NCBI GenBank assembly: GCA_965204725.1
Contig: OZ242005.1
Span: forward strand, 1,632,001-1,696,000
Reading direction: 5' to 3'
Source of the DNA: Candidatus Latescibacterota bacterium
GTDB taxonomy: Bacteria; Latescibacterota; UBA2968; UBA8231
Length of the DNA stretch: 64,000 nt
Part shown: positions 56,930 through 64,000 of the stretch, piece after piece
How positions within the stretch are numbered: the first letter of the stretch is position 1
Layout: every line of letters starts with the position of its first letter
Made by a program: the position numbers and the translations under genes
The notes under the pieces: model-generated
Told to the model about the DNA's origin: nothing
Databases searched by the model: none
Seen by the model: only the letters and a program-made list of their open reading frames with translations

Positions 56930-57910
56930 ATGAGTGAGATGCTCAACCCAGTCGTCCGCAAGCTGACGCCAACGCCCGCGTTGGTAGCCGACGACCCGCT
57001 GGAACAATTTCTCAGCGGCCAGCTCAGCGAGCGCACTCGGCGGGCGTATTACGCCGACCTCGAGCACTTTTTTGCATCCATCGGCATAGAACTAAAGGAC
57101 GTTTCCCTCGCCATCTTACAAACCATCACCTTTGAGCATGTGGTCGCCTTTAGAAATCAACTCGCCAGCGAAGGCTACAAGCGGAGCAGCATCAATAGAA
57201 AACTGTCCAGCCTGAAGTCGTTGTTCAAGATGTTGGTCGCTTTAGGCCACATCGGGAAAAATCCCGCTGACTCCGCCTTGGTACGCGGCTACAAATTGGA
57301 CGAAACGCTGGTTGGCAAAGCACTTCCCAATGTGGTGTTGAACAAACTACAGCAAGCCATTGCCGAGGAAGAAAACGACTTAGTCCGCACACGCGATGCG
57401 GCCATATTCCATTTGCTCACGTTTGGCGGGTTGCGCCGCTCCGAAGTGGCGGGCGTCGCTTGGGAGGATATATCCTTGGAGGGCGTCTTTCACATCCTGC
57501 GCCTGCCCGAGACTAAATCGGGCGTGACGCAGGAGATCAAACTGCAAAACGTCGTCCTCCATCATCTCGAACTATACAAACAACAGCTTGAGCAGGCGGG
57601 CTTGCCGACGACGGGCAAGGTCTTCATCAGCCTGTCGCGCAACCAATCTCGCGGCCAGCCGCTGACCGATCAGTCGGTAAATCACATCGTCAAGAAGTAC
57701 GCCCGGCGCACCGGCCTCCCCCAAAACGTCACCGCGCACATGTTTCGCCATACCTGCTGCACCCTAGCGATTGAAGGCGGCGCCAAGCCCCAGCAAGTGC
57801 AGGCTCACTTGCGCCACAAGGACCTAAAGACGACCATGCGCTACTACGAAAACCGCGAAAAGCTGCTCGATAATGCGTCGGATTATATTAAAGTGGGTAT
57901 GGGGAGTTGA
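56930..57910 (+). CDS. Tyrosine recombinase/integrase (XerC/D-like)
   Basis: SERTRRAY, GLRRSE, KSG, HMFRH, LRH...TTMRY catalytic set. Confidence 0.93.
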   Translation: MSEMLNPVVRKLTPTPALVADDPLEQFLSGQLSERTRRAYYADLEHFFASIGIELKDVSLAILQTITFEHVVAFRNQLASEGYKRSSINRKLSSLKSLFKMLVALGHIGKNPADSALVRGYKLDETLVGKALPNVVLNKLQQAIAEEENDLVRTRDAAIFHLLTFGGLRRSEVAGVAWEDISLEGVFHILRLPETKSGVTQEIKLQNVVLHHLELYKQQLEQAGLPTTGKVFISLSRNQSRGQPLTDQSVNHIVKKYARRTGLPQNVTAHMFRHTCCTLAIEGGAKPQQVQAHLRHKDLKTTMRYYENREKLLDNASDYIKVGMGS

Positions 57911-57984
57911 TTTTTTTAGTTTTTTGTTTACATATTAAATCTTACACGACATTTACTTGCAAGCTGTTGTTGTGCCCCCTCGCG

Positions 57985-58499
57985 TCACTCGGCACTATCC
58001 AAGTGCCGCTGAAAGGTCGCCAGATCGGCGGCTTGCACCGCTGTGCGATGCAACTGCTTGAGCCGGTGCAAATCGTCCAGCGCGGCAATGCGGGCGGCCA
58101 ATGAATGGGCGGAGGCCGGCCCAAAGCGAATCTCCAACACGTCAAGAATATCTTCAACGGCGCGTTGTCGGCCCCCCTGCTCAAGGCCCTGTTCAAGGCC
58201 CTGCTCAAGGCCCTGCTTAAGGCCCTGTTGGGTAAGGTATTGGGCAAAGGATGATTCGCGCATGATCGTGTCCATAAGACCCTCCTGAGAAATAATACGT
58301 TGAATGGTGGTCCACTCGTACGCTAACCCACTCAGTGGGTCCAACCGCACGGCTTGGGTCGCCTGAATGCACTGGCGCAACCACGCTTCCGCGGCCATGC
58401 CCGACGGACCGCCACATCGTCGCGTTGGAGGGTGAAGCGGACGAAGTCGTCGGGGTAGGTTTGGATTAGGTGTTTGGAAATGGTATCGTATTCGGCCAT
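57985..58499 (-). pseudogene. Rpn/YhgA-like (PD-(D/E)xK transposase-like) gene, internally deleted and frameshifted; C-terminal ORF 57985-58275 intact
   Basis: MAEYDTISKHLIQTYPDDF at 58499; frame break near 58410; RESSF..QGLEQGLEQG..LEIRFG C-terminus. Confidence 0.7.
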
Positions 58500-58533
58500 A
58501 GCAGCACCTTGGGATTACGGAGGGACGATATTC

Positions 58534-61461
58534 CTACACCACGATATTGACGATCTTATTCGGCACCCATATAAACCGCTTTATCGCCGTTTCATCGGCC
58601 ACGTACCGCTGGATGCTCTCCATGGCCAGCACCAAAGATTTTATCTGTTCCTCGCCAGTGTGGACGGGCACTTCAACTTGTCCGCGCATTTTGCCATTGA
58701 CCTGAATGGGCACTACGATCAGGTCCTCGGCGGCCTTTGCTGCATCCCACTGCGGCCAACTCTGACGACTGAGGCCGGCCGGCCCAAAGCCGGCCAACTC
58801 CCATAGTTCCTCGGCAAGATGCGGCGCAAAGGGCGCGAGCAGGAGCAAGAAGGGCTTGGCGACAGCCGGCGGCACCTCGTCTAAGGACACCAATAGATTG
58901 TTTAGCTCGATCAAGGCGGCAATGGCCGTATTAAACCGCAGCCCCTCTATGTCCTCGGTCACCTTTTGGATGGTTTGGTGCAGCTTTCTTTCTAGATCCG
59001 ATTTCAGCGCAGTACTCGTCCCTATTTTTATGCATCGATCCGAATCGACAAAGTTGCGCCAAACGCGCTGCAAAAAACGCTGCATCCCGCGGATGCCTTC
59101 CATGCTCCACGGCGCACTCGCTTCAAGCGGCCCCATGTACATTTCGTACAGCCGCAGGGTATCCACGCCAAATTCCTCGCCGATTTCTTCGGGCGGCAAC
59201 CCGTTTTTATAGCGTTTGCCCATCTTGCCGAAGGACCGATGCAGCCGCTTCCCCGTCCCCTTCTCAACAGGCTCCCCGTCGCAAAACTCGACCTCGCGGA
59301 TGTCGATATACACGCCGCGATCATCCTGAAAAGCATCGGCCGTCATCATGCCTTGGTTGAACAGCTTCTTAAACGGCTCGGGCGTCGATACGTGGCCCAA
59401 GTCGTAGAGGGCCTTGTGCCAAAACCGGGCGTAGAGCAGGTGCAACACGGCGTGTTCCGCCCCGCCGATATAGAGATCAACGGGCATGAAGTAGCCTTCC
59501 TTGGTCGGGTCGCAGAAGGCTTCTTCGTTGTGCGGGTCGATAAAGCGGAGGTAGTACCAGCAAGAACCAGCCCATTGGGGCATGACGTTGAGCTCGCGCT
59601 GGCAGGCCACCCCGTCGATTGCTACCGTCGTCCACTCTGCGCCGGCCCGATGCAGCGGCGGCGAAACGGGTTGGGCGGGATCGTCGGAAGTCTCCGGTCT
59701 GAAATCCGCTAGGTCCGGCAGCACCACCGGAGGCCCGGTCGCGACGGAATATCCATCGGGATGCGTGGCGAGCGGAAAGGGTTCGCCCCAATAGCGCTGC
59801 CGCGCAAAGGTCCAGTCGCGCAGCTTGTAGTGTACCGCCGCTTGGCCGCGCCCTTGGGCTTCGAGGGCGGCGACAATCTGGGCTTTGGCCGCGGCTGATT
59901 CTAAGCCGTTAATGGCGTATGGATTATCGCTATCGCCCGCGGCCGGTACGGACGGCGAATTGATCGCGGTCCCCTCCCCAGCATACCACCCGGTCGGGCC
60001 AGCACTAGCCAGCGCAAGCACGGGGTCGCCTTCCCCGCCGGCAACCACGCGCACAATATCCAAGTTATAAGCGGTGGCAAAGGCAAAGTCGCGCTCGTCG
60101 TGGGCCGGCACGGCCATAATAGCACCCGCGCCGTAGTCCATGCTGACGTAGTCGGCGACAAAAATGGGAATTTTTTGGCCATTGACTGGATTGCGGGCGT
60201 AGATGCCGGAGAAGATCCCGGTTTTTTCCTTGGTCTCATCGGCCGTGGCGACGGCCGCCTGCGCTACGTACTCGGCTACGGCTTGCCGGATGGGCACCCC
60301 TCCCCCGCTCCCCTTCCACTGCTCAGGCGTCCCATCGGGCCAAGCACTCGGAACCAAATAGGCTTCTGTGGCGGGATCGACCAGCGGATGCAGCGGGGCG
60401 ATGGCCATGAAGGTCGCCCCAAAGAGCGTGTCGGGGCGGGTCGTGAACACGGGCAACGGCCCGATGACCGCGTCGCTTTGCGGGTCGAGGACATCAAAGC
60501 ACACTTCCGCCCCTTCGCTGCGGCCGATCCAGTTGCGCTGCATCCGCTTGATGGGCACCGGCCAATCGAGCCGGAAGGGCTCGCCGTTGCGATCCTCCAG
60601 CTCGGCGTCCAAATCCTCTAAGAGCCGCTCGGCGTAAGCTGTTATGCGCATCGTCCACTGCCGCAATGGTTTGCGATACACCGGGAAATCGCCGCGCTCA
60701 CTGCGGCCTTCGTTGGTCACCTCCTCGTTGGCCAACACGGTCCCCAAGCGAGGGCACCAGTTGACGACAGCCTCTTGCTGGTACGCCAATCGGTAGTTGT
60801 TCAGCACCGCTTGCCGTTGGACCGCGGTGAGCGCAGACCAAGCGGCCTCCGAGTTGAGCGTTTGGCGGTCAACGGGCGACAAGGCCCTACCGGCCGCAAA
60901 TTGGGCCTCTAAGTCGGCGAGGGGCTTGGCCCGCCCCTGTATGGAGCGTCCTTGGCCGTCTTGCCAGCACTCGTCTTCGTCGAAATAGCTATTGAAGAGT
61001 TGGGCAAAAATCCACTGGGTCCAGCGGTAGTACGACACCTGCGAGGTGACCACTTCGCGGTCCCAGTCAAACGACAGCCCGAGAAACTGCAACTGGCCGC
61101 GCATGGCCTCGATATTCTGCTCGGTAACGGTCGCGGGATGGATGTTGTGTTCAATGGCGTATTGCTCCGCTGGCAACCCGAAACTGTCGAACCCCATCGG
61201 GTGCAGGACGTTAAAGCCCCGCATCCTTTTGTAGCGGCTGTAGATGTCGCTGGCGATGTACCCTTTGGGATGGCCGATGTGTAGCCCCGCGCCGCTTGGA
61301 TAGGGAAACATATCGAGGATGTAGCACTTGGGTTTGCTACCATCAAACCCAGGATCCCCCGGCCCCAGCGTTTGATAGGTCTGCTCCTGCTCCCAATGGG
61401 ACCGCCATTTGGCTTCGATGGTTTGGAAGTTGTATTGGCTCTTTTTCTCTTTGGTTGACAT
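58534..61461 (-). CDS. leuS: Leucine--tRNA ligase
   Basis: MFPYPSGAGLHIGH, TTRPDT, GGAEHAVLHLLYARF, KMGK. Confidence 0.97.
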   Translation of the reverse strand: MSTKEKKSQYNFQTIEAKWRSHWEQEQTYQTLGPGDPGFDGSKPKCYILDMFPYPSGAGLHIGHPKGYIASDIYSRYKRMRGFNVLHPMGFDSFGLPAEQYAIEHNIHPATVTEQNIEAMRGQLQFLGLSFDWDREVVTSQVSYYRWTQWIFAQLFNSYFDEDECWQDGQGRSIQGRAKPLADLEAQFAAGRALSPVDRQTLNSEAAWSALTAVQRQAVLNNYRLAYQQEAVVNWCPRLGTVLANEEVTNEGRSERGDFPVYRKPLRQWTMRITAYAERLLEDLDAELEDRNGEPFRLDWPVPIKRMQRNWIGRSEGAEVCFDVLDPQSDAVIGPLPVFTTRPDTLFGATFMAIAPLHPLVDPATEAYLVPSAWPDGTPEQWKGSGGGVPIRQAVAEYVAQAAVATADETKEKTGIFSGIYARNPVNGQKIPIFVADYVSMDYGAGAIMAVPAHDERDFAFATAYNLDIVRVVAGGEGDPVLALASAGPTGWYAGEGTAINSPSVPAAGDSDNPYAINGLESAAAKAQIVAALEAQGRGQAAVHYKLRDWTFARQRYWGEPFPLATHPDGYSVATGPPVVLPDLADFRPETSDDPAQPVSPPLHRAGAEWTTVAIDGVACQRELNVMPQWAGSCWYYLRFIDPHNEEAFCDPTKEGYFMPVDLYIGGAEHAVLHLLYARFWHKALYDLGHVSTPEPFKKLFNQGMMTADAFQDDRGVYIDIREVEFCDGEPVEKGTGKRLHRSFGKMGKRYKNGLPPEEIGEEFGVDTLRLYEMYMGPLEASAPWSMEGIRGMQRFLQRVWRNFVDSDRCIKIGTSTALKSDLERKLHQTIQKVTEDIEGLRFNTAIAALIELNNLLVSLDEVPPAVAKPFLLLLAPFAPHLAEELWELAGFGPAGLSRQSWPQWDAAKAAEDLIVVPIQVNGKMRGQVEVPVHTGEEQIKSLVLAMESIQRYVADETAIKRFIWVPNKIVNIVV

Positions 61462-61480
61462 AAAAATCCTTATAAGACAC

Positions 61481-62785
61481 TTATGGATAGAGACGCTGCA
61501 TAGTGCGCGGAAAGGGCACGGCCTCGCGCACGTGCTTGAGGCCGCAGACCCAAGCAACCACCCGCTCGATTCCCATGCCAAAGCCCGCATGCGCTACCGA
61601 GCCGTAGCGCCGCAAGTCGAGATACCAGCGAAAGGCTTCGGGGGGCAATTGATGCGTGGCGATTTTGTGCTGCAAGACCGCGAGATCGTCTTCGCGTTGC
61701 CCGCCGCCGATGATTTCCCCGTACCCTTCGGATGCCAACAGGTCCATGCACAGGGCCAAGCGGCGGTCTTGGGCATCTTCCTTCATGTAGAATGCTTTGA
61801 CTGCCCGGGGATAGCGGTGGACGAAAACCGGCGACTCAAACTCGGACGCGAGGACGGTTTCGTCGTCGCCACCCAGATCGCGCCCCCAGACAATGTCGCT
61901 GCCTAGGGCCGTCAACCGCTCGACCGCTTCGTCGTAGGTTATGCGCGGAAAGGGCCGGCGGACCTGCTCCAGCTTGGCGGTGTCGCGGTCGAGCACCTTT
62001 AGCTCTTCGCGGCAGCGGTCGAGCGCCCGGTCGAGCACGTACAAGACCAAGTCCTCGGCCAAGTCCATAGCGGCCGCTAGATCGCAATAGGCCATCTCCG
62101 GCTCAATCATCCAGAACTCGGTTAGGTGCCGGCGGGTCTTGGACTTTTCAGCCCGGAACGTCGGCCCAAAACAATAGACCTTGCCCAAGGCCATGGCGGC
62201 CGCTTCCATATAGAGCTGGCCGCTCTGGGTCAAATAGGCCGTGTCGCCGAAGTACTCGGTCTCAAACAGGGTCGAGGTCCCCTCGCAGGCCGCGGGCGTA
62301 AAAATCGGCGCATCCACTAAAACAAAGCGGTGCTCTGCCATGAAGTCGCGGCAAGCCTGGCAGACTTCGCTGCGGATTGTGAGAATGGCCCGAGGCCGGC
62401 TCGACCGCAGCCACAAGTGGCGGTGATCGAGGAGAAAGGACACCCCGTGTTCCTTGGGCGCGATGGGATAGGGCTCGGCCTCCTGCACGACGTCGAGGTG
62501 GCTCACCCCCATCTCGTAGCCGATGGGCGCCCGGGCCTCCCGCCGCACTTGGCCGCGGACTACGATCGACGATTCTTGGGGCAAGTGAGCGCAGCGCTCG
62601 AATAATTCGGGCGCGACATCGCCCTTAAAAACAACGCATTGCACCACGCCGCTGCCGTCGCGCAACTGAAGGAAGTGCAGTTTGCCGCTCGAGCGCTTGT
62701 TGTACAACCAACCACGCAACTCGACTTCTCGCCCCTCGTAGCGGCCAATGTCAGCCACCTGAATCGACTCCATTTTCTCACCCAT
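61481..62785 (-). CDS. asnS: Asparagine--tRNA ligase
   Basis: [41 protein letters not shown]. Confidence 0.96.
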   Translation of the reverse strand: MGEKMESIQVADIGRYEGREVELRGWLYNKRSSGKLHFLQLRDGSGVVQCVVFKGDVAPELFERCAHLPQESSIVVRGQVRREARAPIGYEMGVSHLDVVQEAEPYPIAPKEHGVSFLLDHRHLWLRSSRPRAILTIRSEVCQACRDFMAEHRFVLVDAPIFTPAACEGTSTLFETEYFGDTAYLTQSGQLYMEAAAMALGKVYCFGPTFRAEKSKTRRHLTEFWMIEPEMAYCDLAAAMDLAEDLVLYVLDRALDRCREELKVLDRDTAKLEQVRRPFPRITYDEAVERLTALGSDIVWGRDLGGDDETVLASEFESPVFVHRYPRAVKAFYMKEDAQDRRLALCMDLLASEGYGEIIGGGQREDDLAVLQHKIATHQLPPEAFRWYLDLRRYGSVAHAGFGMGIERVVAWVCGLKHVREAVPFPRTMQRLYP

Positions 62786-62891
62786 ATCGAAGTCCTAAGC
62801 GTCACCCGCGAAAGAACGTCACCCCGTGCCCCGACACGGGGCGGGAATCCAGTCTTGCAGGATGTAGGATTGCTATAGCGCAACAATATAA

Positions 62892-62936
62892 TAAGAAAAG
62901 GCTATCGAGATAGCCTCCCTCGATAGCCTTCTCTTC
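62892..62936 (-). terminator. Terminator after pnp
   Basis: aaggctatcgag...ctcgatagcctt hairpin with flanking A/T tracts. Confidence 0.7.
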
Positions 62937-62955
62937 CTGTAGCTCAAAACCGGCC

Positions 62956-64000
62956 CTATCTCTTTAACAGGGCCTTGTGGCTGAGCCGCATTTTGCCACC
63001 GGTGTCGATTTCGAGGACCTTGACGGCGATTCGGTCCCCTTGCCCTACGACGTCCTCGACCTTGTCCACCCGCCGATGCGCCAACTCGGAGATGTGCAAC
63101 AGGCCCTCCTTGCCGGGCAAAATCTCGACGAAGGCACCAAAGGGCATGACCCGCTTGACGACTCCGTCGTACTCCTTGCCCACCTCGGCGTCGGCCGTGA
63201 TCCCCTCAATCATGCGCCGCGCCTCTTCGGCCGGGCCGGCTTCAACCGAGGCAATGGTAATCGTGCCGTCTTCGTCCACATTGACCGTGGCCCCGGTTTT
63301 TTCGATCTCGCGGATGGTCTTGCCGCCCGGGCCGATGACCGCGCCGATTTTGCCTTGGTCAATTTTGACGAACTCAATGCGCGGTGCCCAGCGCGAAAGC
63401 TCGGACCGCGCCGCGCCCAAGCATTCGTTCATAACGGCCAAGACCTGCTCGCGCCCCTCTTTGGCGCGGTCGAGGGCCTCCTTGAAGACGTCGAGCGACA
63501 AGCCTTGGATTTTAATATCCATCTGGATCGCGGTAATGCCGTCCTTCGTGCCAGCGACCTTGAGGTCCATGTCGCCGAGAAAATCTTCGGCGTCGCGGAT
63601 GTCGGTCAGCAGCTCGTACTCGTCCCCTTCCTTGACCAAGCCCACGCCCGTACCGCACACCGCGGTTTTGACCGGAATTCCGGCGTCCATCAAGGCGAGG
63701 GAGCAGCCACACACCGTGGCCATCGAGCTGGAGCTGCTCGACTCGGTAATGTCGGATACCAACCGAATCGTGTAGGGAAAGGACTCGACCGCTGGGATGA
63801 CCGGCTCTAAGGCCCGCTCGGCCAGATGGCCATGGCCGATATCCCGCCGCCCCGGCCCGCGCTCAAAGCGCACTTCGCCGACCGAATACGGCGGGAAGTT
63901 GTAATCCAAGTAATAGGACTTAAACCGCTTGCCCTGCAGGTCGTCGGCCATGCGCTCGTCGAGCTTGGTCCCCAGCGTCGCCACGCAGAGCGCTTGCGTC
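62956..64000 (-). CDS. pnp: Polyribonucleotide nucleotidyltransferase (5' part outside window)
   Basis: YNFPPYSVGE, GHGHLAERAL, GDMDLKVAGT, KH and S1 domains. Confidence 0.96.
   Translation of the reverse strand, partial: TQALCVATLGTKLDERMADDLQGKRFKSYYLDYNFPPYSVGEVRFERGPGRRDIGHGHLAERALEPVIPAVESFPYTIRLVSDITESSSSSSMATVCGCSLALMDAGIPVKTAVCGTGVGLVKEGDEYELLTDIRDAEDFLGDMDLKVAGTKDGITAIQMDIKIQGLSLDVFKEALDRAKEGREQVLAVMNECLGAARSELSRWAPRIEFVKIDQGKIGAVIGPGGKTIREIEKTGATVNVDEDGTITIASVEAGPAEEARRMIEGITADAEVGKEYDGVVKRVMPFGAFVEILPGKEGLLHISELAHRRVDKVEDVVGQGDRIAVKVLEIDTGGKMRLSHKALLKR

Noticed and set aside
56930-57910. Integron integrase
   Set aside because: No IntI-specific insertion before the HxxRH motif and no cassette array with canonical attC sites.

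Overview
This is a GC-rich bacterial chromosomal segment. The gene content (Bacteroidota-type bS22, two PorV-like beta-barrels, a DUF6785-like membrane protein, ankyrin proteins) suggests an FCB-group organism such as Ca. Latescibacterota, possibly host- or sponge-associated; the taxonomy is inference only. Housekeeping genes are cysC, pyrH, purB, mreBC, HU, three tRNAs, ychF, thrC, metB-like, two prs, apt, rsgA, hprK, mutL, leuS, asnS and pnp. Accessory modules: (i) a frameshifted ankyrin-lipoprotein gene flanked by a 136-bp duplication of the SDR 3' end; (ii) a coupled three-gene membrane system (DUF6785-like; degenerate M28 peptidase fused to FtsX; OPT-like with PDZ, Ca-loop and Zn-finger-like inserts) with no ATPase; (iii) a J-domain/YbjN/PspA/amine oxidase/spermidine synthase/DUF4178/lipoprotein/DUF350 operon; (iv) McrBC whose McrB carries a DUF1802-like N-terminal domain; (v) a TatT-type TRAP transporter; (vi) vapBC; (vii) a probably inactive PRPP synthetase paralogue; (viii) a decaying islet between mutL and leuS with a tyrosine recombinase, a twice-repeated covarying RNA hairpin, head-to-head truncated genes and an Rpn remnant that keeps its internal small ORF. 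Three miniature repeat families are dispersed through the window, one of them inserted in frame in a gene. Family assignments are from motif recognition by eye, not database searches.
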